Source of the DNA: Octopus sinensis
Lineage: Eukaryota
Assembly (NCBI RefSeq): GCF_006345805.1
Contig: NW_021823743.1
Span: 1-21,192, forward strand
DNA length: 21,192 nucleotides
Reading direction: 5' to 3'
Shown piece after piece: positions 10,090 through 21,056 of this stretch; the stretch's first letter is position 1, and every line of letters starts with the position of its first letter. The translations under genes and the position numbers were made by a program. Under the pieces are notes generated by a model. It saw only the letters and a list, made by a program, of their open reading frames with translations, was not told where the DNA came from and made no database searches.

Positions 10090-10500
10090 ACTGGAACAGC
10101 CAATTAACTTATAGAATTTAGTGGTTCATTTCCCAATTTTGTAAACCGTGAATTGCATGAAGACTTAGTATAAAATTGATGACCGGATCTATCAAAGGTG
10201 AAGTTCTTTGTGGTGAGGTCAAATCAACTGTTGTGATGGCGATCTATCCAGTGATAAACCTAACGGCCTAATTATTGTCGAGTGACATATATGATACGAT
10301 CTCAAAAAGAACTAGTTTCTTTGATGAAACATTGTGATCATTTTCGCTGGCTAAGCAAACGGTACATGCTCAAAGACTTCTAAGAAATGAAAGATGACAT
10401 AAAACTTCTCATGAATGCCAAAGAAATTAGATGACCAAAAATGGTAGTGGTATTTAAATTGTGTAACTGCGGTGGTCGAGTTCGGCGTTGCTCATGTTAG
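10090..10500 (+). mobile_element. Degenerate hAT (SPIN/GTF2IRD2-like) transposase fragment
   Basis: HCDHFRWLSKRYMLKDF*EMKDDIKLLMNAK..PKW (RWLS 10345-10356) resembles the hAT RWLS block. Upstream, ELHE..MTGSIKGEVLCGEVKST resembles EEL..M.GTT.GEDIF. Multiple stops and frameshifts. Confidence 0.55.
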
Positions 10501-10599
10501 TTTATACTCGAGTACTCGGTATATATCATAAAGAGGAATTACAAGGTTGGTGAATAAGTTGCCCTATTCTGTGGCATGGAAGATGCACATATTTTACGA

Positions 10600-10614
10600 A
10601 AGAGATAGAAAGAT

Positions 10615-10672
<58 letters not shown>

Positions 10673-10821
10673 TAGATAGATAATAGATAGATAGATAGAT
10701 AGATAGATAGTAGACACATTACAGAAAGGATAGTAGGTGGGCAGGCAGATAGATAGACAGATTGGTAGATAGATAGATAGAGAAGAAGATAGATAGAAGA
10801 TAGACATAGATAGATAGATAG

Positions 10822-10858
<37 letters not shown>

Positions 10859-10927
10859 GATAGATAGGATAGGAATAGATAGATAGATAGATAGATAGAT
10901 AGACACATACAGGCAGGTAGTAGCGGC

Positions 10928-10987
<60 letters not shown>

Positions 10988-11092
10988 CAAATCGATCTAT
11001 ATATCTATCTACCTATATATAGAGAGATAGACAGACAGAGGTGGAGACGGAGAGAGAGAGAGAGACAGAGAGACAGAGAGAGAGTGAGAGAG
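10600..11092. repeat. (GATA)n then (GA)n
   Basis: Direct reading. Confidence 0.95.
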
Positions 11093-11529
11093 TACTATAC
11101 GCCTTCCGTGATCCTGGTTTACAAGGTATTGTTGTTGCTTTCTTAAGGTAGACTGAAATCAATTCCGACTAAGATTTATGCGCTGTTATGCGGATAAAAA
11201 GCCCATAGAAAGGGAATATTATTTCAAAGATTATCACTTCTTTTACAGATTCTTTATCAAAACGTGACGATGTATCAACCGATAAACGATTGGTGTCGGT
11301 TTACGCCCATCCACACAATTGAGCATTGTCTGGTAGTGGTAGTGTTGTACTTACGGAGTGGTTGGCAGCAATCGAAAACGGGCAGTGACGAGCATGGCAT
11401 GATCAGCATGGTGTGTCGTATGAATAATGGCAGGACAGTTACAGTGAAAAGTATAGTGTTGTATACTACACTAATACCCGGCAGCAAACTTCCAAGTAGG
11501 TGGCCATTGCCTGATGATTTCGCTCAACG

Positions 11530-11780
11530 ACGGGCCCCCTAAAGCTTTGTAAGGGGATTTGGTAGACAGAAACTGTATGTATGCGTCTATGCATGTTTGT
11601 GTTTGTTTCCCACCACACTTTAGCAACTGTGATTGGTTTGTTAGGTTGCACTAAATTAGCGGTTCGGCAAAAAAAGACCGATGGAATAAATACCAGGTTA
11701 AAACAAGTTAGTACTGGGGGTCGACAATGACCCTTCCCCGTCCAATGACTGAAACAGGTAAAAGATAAAGGTAAAAGATA
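11530..11780 (+). mobile_element. SINE family A, old 5'-truncated copy
   Basis: ggatttggtagacagaaactg...ttagcggttcggcaaaa...aatgactgaaacaggtaaaaga. Confidence 0.75.
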
Positions 11781-11929
11781 TATATTTAAAAGTATGTTTA
11801 AAAAGAAATTCTTGATACAATCACAGATATTTGAAATTATTTGGAAACAGACTTTCTTAGCTTAGAAATTGTTAATGATATAAAAAAAAAAGATATATCT
11901 TAAAAGTAAAAATTACAATATGACACAAA

Positions 11930-12900
11930 TCTTTCGGACGGAAGTGTCCGTATTGTTTAAGCTGTTTATAACTTTACAAACACACTTGTTATAGGATAAT
12001 TTGTATAGAGGAAGTTGGTTTTAGTAGCAGTGTTGACTATTTTCGGTTTAATTTTGGATTTAGAATGTCTGTAAAGTATCCTTGTTTTGCATTTCGTAGT
12101 CGAACATTTTATTCCCTTTACTTTGAAAAAAAAAACTATTTGGAATTTTCCATTTGCACAAATGTCTAGAAGTTCATTAAGAAGAGATGAAAATGTATGA
12201 TTTGTTCTTTTATGTACCCTAACGCAACGTATTATAGTATTTTAACATGTATAAGGAAACCCCTAATTTTGGGGTGTTAAAAGTTGGAAAAACGGTTTTG
12301 TAAGGTATTATAATACTATCCTTGTATAAGAAATTCCCATATTTTTGACAAGAAAAGGTTCCTTGTACACGTTGATTTGGTCAGTATAATTCTCATTGCA
12401 CAATTCTCACTGTTATACATAAATGACATTTTTTCTCCTTGTTTTGCAATTCTTATTCGCATTAACCTTCAATTCCTTCCTGTTCTTAAAGTTTTTGGTT
12501 TCGCCCTGTTCAATTATTTCGCACGGCAACGAAGGTCTCCGCGTTTTATCTGTATTATTTCTTCTTTGATGTGAATTTGGCCTTTGTTAAGAGCCTTTTT
12601 CGGATTCGCTGGTTGTCTTCGGATGTTGACATTTTGTGATTCTCTAACTGTTTTTCTGAGAGTTAATGATTGGTGTAGAACTGGAAGATATCTTTAGGCC
12701 AAATCTAAATAAGATGTTATTGTTTCTAGGATGCGTGTTTACATCTACCAAAAACACATAACATCCTGGTACAAATAGGGTATTTACTGGGAGATAGACT
12801 TAGTATATCGTCTTGTTTAACACCATTACATGACCTTTGTGAGTCTTTTGGTAGAGTTCATTTTGTTGGCGCAAGAGTTCTAGCCAAATTTCACATATGA
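11930..12900 (-). mobile_element. PLE fossil: RT thumb, linker, GIY-YIG C-terminus and 3' end
   Basis: Minus strand with frameshifts: NLAR, RQPAN(L)KRLLTKAKF (about 12573-12622), GTFSCQK, LDICANGKFQI, RNAKQGYFTDILNPKLNRK* (stop 12037-12039). Confidence 0.75.
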
Positions 12901-13602
12901 GAATAACTACTGTTTTTCCTCTCAGTAATTCCAGAAACCCTGAAATGGGTTACAGATGGTATCTTTATTTCTCTTGTTAAGGAATATAAAAATGTATAAA
13001 ATGCCTAACTTTGAAATTCTCTACCAAGACAAATTCCAGAGTTTCTCCGTTATTACAATAAATGGTAAAAAGGGTTTTTTTAATAAAATTATCTCTCTAT
13101 CTCTCTATCTCATCATCATCCCTCTGTTTCTCTTTGCATCTATTTCAAATACATATGCACAATCATGTAGCCAAGCACACACAGGCACATAGTCATACAT
13201 ATACTACACTCCACCACACATACACAGTTATAAACACACGCAAGTACACACATGCAAATACACACTCGCACACACGACTGCGATGGTGCCCAGAATTACA
13301 CACCTACTCGCAACCATACACACAATCTCTCTCACAAACGCAGAATCGAACGCACAGATTTCTGGGTGCGCGCGCTATTGTGTGAGTACGAATGTGTATT
13401 TGTATGCGTGGTTGTGCTTGTGATTGATTGTGCATGTGTTGTAGTATGTGTATGATTGTGTACCGGTGCGTGTGTTTGGGTGCATGAGTGGGCATGTGTA
13501 TGTGTGCTCCACAAAGATAGATACAGAGAAAAAGAGAGAGAAATAGAGAAATGAAGATTTCTCCCCCCCCCTCTCTCTCTATATATATATATATACACAT
13601 AT

Positions 13603-13764
13603 ATGCAGGAATGGCTGTGTGGTAAGTAGCTTGCTTCCCAACGACATAATTGCGGGTTCAGTCCTACAACGTGACAACTTGGGCAAGTGTCTTCTACTTA
13701 TAGATTGTGATTGGATTTGGTAGACGGAAACTGGAAGAAGACCGTCGTATATATATGTGTGTGT

Positions 13765-13796
<32 letters not shown>

Positions 13797-13948
13797 CTGT
13801 GTGTGTCTGTGTGTTTCTGTGTCTGTGTCTGTGTCTGTGTTTGCACCCTCTAAATCGCTTGACAACCGATGTTGGTGTGTTTACGTCCCCGTAACTTAGC
13901 AAAAGAAACCGATAGAATAAGTACAAAGAATAGGTCCTGGGGTCGATT
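13603..13948 (+). mobile_element. SINE family A, 3'-truncated
   Basis: gcaggaatggctgtgtggtaagtagcttgcttcccaac...gggttcagtcc...ggtcctggggtcgattt. Confidence 0.85.
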
Positions 13949-14185
13949 TATATATATATATTTAATCGTTACTGTCTCCAAAAAAGATTTTTCGTTTCAT
14001 GTTCGTCTCTGTTGCGTTGCATTCTTCCTTCTGTGGCTGGCTGATTCAGAGCGGATTTCAGAATTAAACACCGAAATCTGCGATGAGGGATCAGTTTTGA
14101 CTGAAGAATGAGGCTTTGAATGATGACCCGTTTGGTCTTTTTGGTCGTCCCTTCGTGTATTCATGTTATTTTATTTATGTAAAGG

Positions 14186-14243
<58 letters not shown>

Positions 14244-14621
14244 AGAGAGAGAGAGAGAGAGAGACGGGAAAGAGGCAGTGCTTGTGGGTTTGCACATGCA
14301 AGCAGCCGCTCCTACAGAGACGCACACACACAATCCACCAATCAATATTTGTACGTCAGAAAAGGTTTAGCATGAGAACGGAGTCACAGAGTAAAAGCAA
14401 GTCTTATCATTGTTACCGATCCTAAATAATTGGCTAATCCTTTCTAGCGTTCCTGATTTCTTAGATTATATTCTTCTTCTTGATCTTCTTGTTTCTCCCC
14501 TTCGTTTTTCTTCTTCCAACTCATAGGCAGATTTCTTCTCTACACTTTGATGTTTACCTCTTTCACTGCCGCCATTTTCTCATTGCACGTTAAGCCTGTT
14601 TCAGCAAAATACATTGTGCTT

Positions 14622-15170
14622 ACGTACGTACGTACGTGCGTATGTATGTATGTATGTATGTATGTATGTATGTATGTGTATGTATGTATGTATGTATGTA
14701 TGTATGTATGTATGTATGCATGTATGTGTGTGTGTGTATGTATATATGTATGTATGTATGTGTATGTATGTATGTACGTATGTATGTATGTACGTACGTA
14801 TGTATGTATGTATGTATGTATTTACGTACGTACGTATGTATGTATGTACGTACGTACGTATGTATGTATGTATGTATGTACGTACGTACGTGCGTATGTA
14901 TGTATGTATGTATGTATGCATGCATGCATGCATGTATGTATGTATGTATGTATGTATGTATGTATGTATGTATGTATGTATGTACGTACGTATGTATGTA
15001 TGTATGTATGTATGTACGTACGTGTGTATGTATGTATGTATGTACGTACGTACGTGCCTATGTATGTATGTATGTATGTATGTATGTATGTATGTATGTA
15101 TGTATGTATGTATGCATGCATGCATGCATGTATGTATGTATGTGTGTATGCATGTATGTATGTAAGTGTG
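14622..15170. repeat. ~550-bp (TATG)n with TACG/CATG variants
   Basis: Direct reading. Confidence 0.97.
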
Positions 15171-15221
15171 TATATATGTAGGTACGTATATGTGTGTGAA
15201 TGTGTGTGTATATATATGTAT

Positions 15222-15252
<31 letters not shown>

Positions 15253-15278
15253 CATGCATATATTTACTCTCTCTCTCT

Positions 15279-15311
<33 letters not shown>

Positions 15312-15783
15312 CCTCCCGCCCTTTATACCGCTACAATAGCGTTTTTGTCTTCTTTTACCTTTTTACAACTAAGCTGGCTGCAAATTATTTCTCTCTGCCC
15401 AGACCCATTGCACATAGCCGTTTCTTCTCCTATAATCACCTGAACTTAGCATCTCCATCGTTCCCTTCAGATCTCGTGCACTAAAATACCTCAAACTTTC
15501 CTTCTTTACCGGAACCACATCCCCCTCGGAATTCCATCCGCACCATTCATTCGGGTTTTCCCCTGCAGATATTGACTTAATGATATTCAAATCGATCATG
15601 GAACGGATCAATGTATCAACGAATAATTGATGGCCTATCCACGCTATTGGTACACACACACATCCACACACCCGCACGCACACACACGTACCACACACAC
15701 GTACGCACACACGCACACACACATATGTATGTTGTGTATATATATATATATATAAACAGAGAAGAGAGAGAGAGAGAGAGAGA

Positions 15784-16188
15784 GGTGCAGGAGTGGCTGT
15801 GTGGTAAGAAACTTGCTTCATAACCACATGGTTCCGGGTTCAGGCCGACTGCGTTGCACCTTGGGCAATTGTCTTCTACTATAGCCTCGCGCCGACCAAA
15901 GCTGTGTGAGTGGATTTGGTAAACGGAAACTGAAAGAAGCCCGTCGCGTGTGTGTGTTTGTGTGTGTATTTATGGGTCTGTATTTGTCCCCCACCACCAT
16001 CGCTTGACAACAGATGTGGGTGTGTTTACGTTCCCGTAACTTAGCGGTTCGGCAAAAAACCCCGATAGAATAAGTACCAGGCTTGAAAAAATAAGTACTG
16101 GAGTCGATTCATTCGACTAAAAATTCAAGGTGGTGCCCCAGCATGGCCGCAGTCTAATGACTGAAACATATAAAAGTCAAAAGATAAA
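15784..16188 (+). mobile_element. SINE family A, full length
   Basis: All blocks of the 779-1170 copy are present in order. Confidence 0.9.
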
Positions 16189-16302
16189 TATAGTATGTAT
16201 GTATAAAGGGCTCGTGTGTTGAAAAACAAAAAGATCTTTCGGACCTTTACGGGAGAATGAAAGCATATCTATTTATCTATTGTGTGTGTGCGTGGGTATA
16301 TA

Positions 16303-16526
16303 CAGTTGCGGCCAAAATGTTCAGAACGGCATTGTTTTCGTTAGAAAAGTAAGTATAAGTTTTTATCAAAGTAGTTTTATATTCTATAATTATCACAGAC
16401 AATAAATACAATATTAATTGTTATTGTCTGTGATTTTGGTGTAATTTGAGAGGATAATACAAAAGTTATGGATGATTTAGTGATTTACTGTAAAACCCAT
16501 GGCGGCCAAAATGATCAAAACGGTTG
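16303..16526 (+). repeat. Left TIR with outer DR (cagttgcggccaaaatgttcagaacgg) and inner DR (catggcggccaaaatgatcaaaacgg, 16498-16523)
   Basis: Direct reading; mirrored in the right TIR. Confidence 0.93.
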
Positions 16527-16573
16527 AAAAAAATAACAAAATAATCAAAAATGACAGAGAATACTGGAATTAT

Positions 16574-17589
16574 TTAATATTTAGTGTGAAGCCCTTTAGC
16601 TTCAATCACACTCTGACATCTTCGACTGCATGAGGAAATTAAATTTCAATTTCTTGCTGGGTGATCTTATTCCATTCTTCCTGAAGGGCATTCCATAATT
16701 GCTCAGTTGTTTTAGGATTTCTGGCTTTCGAACGTTCTCCTAGAATATTCCATACATTTTCAATAGGATTGAGATCTGGGCTTTGAGCAGGCCAATCCAT
16801 AACAATAACCTTTTCAGCCTTGAGGAAGTTCATGACCACCTTAGCCTTGTGACATGGGGCATTGTCCTGCATGAATATGGGTGGTTGCTTAGCTGAATTT
16901 CTCAGCACAGGCAAGACATGATCTTTTACAAGTTGTTTATAAACTCCTGCATTTACCTTTCCATGTAATCGCACCAAAGGGCCCACACCATCCCCAGATA
17001 TCATCCCCCAAACCATGACACTTCCTCCACCGAATTTAACACTAGTCTTAAGGCATTTAGGCGACAAATTTTCACCTACTTTTCTACGAACGTACCATTT
17101 CCCATCTGAGCCAAATAACATAAACTTAGATTCATCACTGAAATACACCGTTTGCCATTTTTCTTGAGACCACAACACATGTTTGGTTGCAAAGGTAAGA
17201 CGACACTTTTTATTCTTGGAGCTGATCACTGGCTTCACTGCAGGTGCTCTTGCTTGTAGGTCATGTTCAACTAAACGACGAGACACAGTTTTTCGAGATA
17301 AAGTTTTCTTCAATACAATGCTCATTTTCCGAGAAACAGCAGCAACATTTTTAAATCTGTCCTTTTTAACCAACTTTACCATAGCACGATCTTCTCTCTT
17401 GGTCGTTTTTCTTGGACTACCTGTAAACTTTCTTGCTTCACACGAACCACAATCATCGTAGACCTTAAGAATACCATGAACAACACTTTTTGACTTGTTA
17501 ACAATCTTTGCAATAGATCCAATACTTAAATTATCCTTCCTTCGAAGCTTAATAATCTGCTGACGAATTGGTAACGGAGTAAGTGGCAT
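16574..17589 (-). pseudogene. Tc1 transposase; 316 aa as encoded (stop 16639-16641), 338 aa if a 1-nt deletion near 16642 is restored
   Basis: ATG at 17589. N-terminal HTH, GSPRK (canonical GRPR), YFSDESKF, MQDNAPCH and SPDLNPIENVW with 34 residues between the second D and E. The shifted frame continues LISSCSRRCQSVIEAKGLHTKY* (stop 16574-16576), the canonical Tc1 C-terminus. Confidence 0.93.
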
Positions 17590-17631
17590 TATATTAACAA
17601 AGTACACTGCAAATATTCTTACTAATGTTTA

Positions 17632-17679
17632 GTAAACGAACCGTCACGTAAACGAACCGTCACGTAAACGAACCGTCAC
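17632..17679. repeat. Perfect 3 x 16-bp tandem gtaaacgaaccgtcac in the Tc1 5' region
   Basis: Units at 17632, 17648 and 17664 are identical. Confidence 0.97.
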
Positions 17680-17722
17680 ATTAGAGTTCGTCGGTTAAAT
17701 ATACTAAAACACGGAGTAAAAG

Positions 17723-17945
17723 CAACCGTTCTGATCATTTTGGCCGCCATGGGTTTTGCAGTAAATCACTAAATCATCCATAACTTTTGTATTATCCTCT
17801 CAAATTACACCAAAATCTCAGGCAATAACAAATAATATTGTATTTATTGTCTGTGAAAATTATAGAATATAAAACAACTTTGATAAAAAAATTATATCTA
17901 CTTTTCTGACGAAAACAATGCCGTTCTGAACATTTTGGCCGCCAC

Positions 17946-17947
<2 letters not shown>
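17723..17947 (-). repeat. Right TIR
   Basis: Reverse complement of 16303-16526; the terminal base is mutated (TAG instead of CAG). Confidence 0.93.
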
Positions 17948-17976
<29 letters not shown>

Positions 17977-18544
17977 CGGATGTGTGTGAGTGAGTGCGTG
18001 CGTTGGCGTGTACAAGCATGTGCATGGGTGTGCATGTATGTGTGTGTGTATATATATATGTATATATATATATGTACGAAATCATTTATTTCTGTGTGCC
18101 GCACATACAGAAACATTGTAGCAGCAATAACCACATACCCATGCATAACACAATATAGTCAAACATTTTCTTTACTCCAACAGTTTCTAACACAGAAGCA
18201 ACAACCCATATTTTCCACATAATTGTCCACATAACTAAATCGATTAACACCGAGGAAATATGTCCCACTTTCTACGAAGTAGACGACATAGAAACTCGTA
18301 TCCTCGACAAAACATTTCTGACAAATAACGTCACGCAGCCATAAAGTTATCTCCTTACATATTTTAGTCATTAGCCCGTGTACGGCTTTCAAGGACATAA
18401 GTTGATTGTAATGACCTCAGCGCTTTTTTGCAATGGGGTATATATTTTATCTGGCTCTGTTTATCGAACGGCTAAGGTACATTTCACACAAAATGTATGC
18501 AACCCCATGCACTCAAATTTTTATTGCAAATTCGTACTTACACA

Positions 18545-18754
18545 CACCCAACAGCGTGTATATCGTTGGCGATTTTCTTTCTCTGTCTTCCCTTCCTTAG
18601 ACTTTTCCTTTTTCTATGTTTCTGACGAAGAGCTCCGCTCGAAGCGTTAAGTCCTCCTTCTTTCTTTCCTTTCCTGAGCGTTCAATAATAACAGTATACT
18701 TGTTCCACGTCCTCGCGTTGTTGTATTTTCTCTTCGTTCACGTTTGGATTAACT
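18545..18754 (+). mobile_element. PLE 3' end / pseudo-LTR
   Basis: Pyrimidine-rich tract containing the hammerhead-like ctgacgaagagctccgctcgaagcgttaagtc and ending tttggattaacta. Family identity is partly from recollection of octopus repeats. Confidence 0.55.
18622..18653 (+). ncRNA. Minimal hammerhead-ribozyme-like motif (degenerate)
   Basis: CUGACGA-A-GAGC-ucc-GCUC-GAAG-C-guuaa-G-UC. GAAA is mutated to GAAG and no stem I pairing is seen. Confidence 0.45.
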
Positions 18755-19201
18755 ATACATACATACATACATACATACATACATACATACATACATACAT
18801 ACATACATACGTACGTACGTACATACATACATACATAGATACATACATACATACATATACATACATACATACATACATACATACATACATACATACATAC
18901 ATCATACATGCATGCATGCATAACATACATACATACATACATACATACATAATACTACGTACGTACGTACGTACATCACACATACATACTATACATACGT
19001 ACGTACGTACAATACATACATACATACATACAACATACATGCATGCATGCCTACATACATACATGCATGCATACATACATACATACATCATGCATTGCAT
19101 ACATACATACATACATACATACATACATACTACATACATACAGGCAATACATGCATACATACATACATACATACATACATACATACATACATACATACAT
19201 A
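18755..19201. repeat. (CATA)n array
   Basis: Direct reading. Confidence 0.96.
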
Positions 19202-19535
19202 CCTATCATCATAGGTGCATTATGTTATATGACAACAATTTTGCACAAAAACCTAGAAATACTTGGTGTCGCTGGAAAAGAGCAAAAGAAACTGACGTGG
19301 ATTCTCCAAATCTAAGGTATAAGTGACACTGTGAAGATTTTAAAGATATTCTTGAAGTTCTCCATGAGAGATTCTTATGTGAATAGATGCAAACCCTTGG
19401 GGGTATGCATCGGCAGTTCAACCTACACAGCAACTCAATCATATATTTACAAATTCCGGGAACTCTCTTAACTCAAAAAATATTTTCGCTTTCTTAGACT
19501 ACCTCAAGAACTTTAATTAAACTCAACGAAAAAAA
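19202..19535 (+). mobile_element. R4-like LINE C-terminus and 3' UTR (diverged subfamily)
   Basis: PIIIGALCYMTTILHKNLEILGVAGKEQKKLTWILQI*GISDTVKILKIFLKF resembles the RLE C-terminal P.IIGALG...GTVKI.K.F pattern. The UTR ends aagaactttaattaaactcaacgaa(a)n-catacatac. Confidence 0.6.
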
Positions 19536-19590
19536 AACATACATACATGCATACAAATGTAAAAAAAAACGTGTGTAAGTACGCACGCAG

Positions 19591-19621
<31 letters not shown>

Positions 19622-19640
19622 TGTATGTATGTTTGTATGT

Positions 19641-19680
<40 letters not shown>

Positions 19681-19718
19681 ATGTATGTATGTATGTATGT
19701 ATGTATGTATGTAGTGTC

Positions 19719-19790
19719 GAGGGCGCATGGCCTAGTGGTTTGGGTGTTGTAATTCATGATTTCGAGATCGTGGTTTCAATTCTTGGACCG
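19719..19790 (+). mobile_element. tRNA-derived SINE head (third type)
   Basis: gagggcgcatggcctagtggtt (A-box tggcctagtgg) ... gtggtttcaattcttggacc (B-box-like). Confidence 0.6.
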
Positions 19791-19940
19791 GATGGTCACA
19801 ATGTGCTTCTTCGTTTTGTTGTAGTTTTCGAATGATATCACCATGCTATCGAAAGCTACAACAAAGATAGGATAGTCATGAGTAGATATTCTTTGATCGC
19901 TGATCTACCTGATTAGAGCTAAGGGGGTGCGCGCGTGAGG

Positions 19941-19979
<39 letters not shown>

Positions 19980-20411
19980 CATAGCGATCCTGTGTATGTG
20001 CCGTGCATTAGTTGACCACCTCCTCCATCAAATCGACGTTGCCTGAACATGTGCATGGCTTATAACACACGTCACGTGTCGAAGACAATGCAAAAGTAAG
20101 TTCCACCGACCTCATTGCTCAACTAGCAGAGGTCTGTAGGCGCTTGGCGATATCCTAAATGTCAAGCACCGTTTCTGTCATTGGCTTATTTAAGATTGCA
20201 TTGTTTAGACACGCTATTTGGAGGGAGGGAAGGAGTTTAATCGATACCATCGTCTTCAGAAGTTTGTTGGCACTTTAATTTGGCCACTTTGGAGAGATGA
20301 AAGACATAGGATGATCTCTGCAGGTTTTGATCTCAACGTAACAAGCCAGAATAATACTGCAAGACAATTTTCATCCGCCGTTCAAACGATTCTGCCAGCT
20401 TGCTGTTTTGG

Positions 20412-20453
<42 letters not shown>

Positions 20454-20760
20454 CGACGACGACGACGACGATAATGATGATGGTGGTGGTGGTGATGGTG
20501 GTGATGATGATGATGATGATGATGATGACGACGACGACGACGACGATAATGATGATGGTGGTGGTGGTGATGGTGGTGATGATGATGATGATGATGATGA
20601 TAATGATGATGGTGGTGGTGGTGATGATGATGATGATGATGATGATGATAATGATGATGATAGTGATGGTGGTGGTGGTGGTGGTGGTGGTGGTGGTGGT
20701 GGTGGTGATGATGATGATGATGATGATGATGACGGCGACGACCACCACCACCACCATCAT
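20412..20760. repeat. (GAT)/(GAC)/(GGT) compound trinucleotide repeat with a 75-bp higher-order duplication
   Basis: (gac)6 runs start at 20452 and 20527 with identical surrounding blocks. Confidence 0.93.
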
Positions 20761-20977
20761 AGTTACCCATACATGCAAGTTTCTCCTCTCCATGTCACTG
20801 ATATTTATCCGATAAAAAAGGCTGCCAACTTCCGCCGATGCGACTTGGTACCAGTGTCACGACTGGTGTTGCTGCCAGAATGCAAAGAGCTTAGAACAAG
20901 ATATTGCAAAATATCTCATTTGAACTAAATAGTTCTGACAAGTCATCGCCCGGGACTGGTATTCCTTTATCGCCCCA

Positions 20978-21056
20978 CCACAGCCACCACCACCAACACC
21001 ACCACTACCACTACCACCACGATCACCTTCACCTCCTCCACCACCACCACCACCAT
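20978..21056. repeat. (CAC)n-like tract
   Basis: Direct reading. Confidence 0.85.

Larger units (their letters stand above)
16303..17947 (-). mobile_element. Tc1-family (DD34E) DNA transposon, 1,645 bp, IR-DR type
   Basis: TIRs 16303-16526 and 17723-17947 (about 14 differences by manual alignment). TA at 16301-16302 and 17948-17949. Internal transposase ORF. Confidence 0.96.

Noticed and set aside
11511-11540. CTGATGA on the plus strand
   Set aside because: No closing stem II or GAAA.
14547-15443. Long ORFs such as 298 aa, 212 aa and 183 aa (and similar ones at 2639, 6982, 10526 and 18616)
   Set aside because: They are stop-free read-throughs of (TATG)/(CATA)/(GATA)n giving MYVC/HTYI/IYLS repeats, with no protein signature.
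16225-16260. Minus-strand ggtccgaaagatc resembling the hammerhead remnant at 11932
   Set aside because: Too short, with no complete stem II or catalytic core.
17183-17461. 92-aa plus-strand ORF
   Set aside because: Antisense shadow of the transposase.
17590-17607. ORF-track start (GTG) for the transposase
   Set aside because: Eukaryotic context; the ATG at 17589 gives a normal Tc1 N-terminus.
20235-20259. Minus-strand CTGAAGA-cgat-ggt-atcg-attaaac
   Set aside because: GAAA is absent, there is no stem I/III and no PLE context; compatible with chance.
20218-20928. 236-aa poly-Asp/Gly/His ORF as an acidic matrix protein
   Set aside because: It has a non-ATG start, unremarkable flanks and openness explained by triplet repeats; there is no signal peptide or splice evidence.
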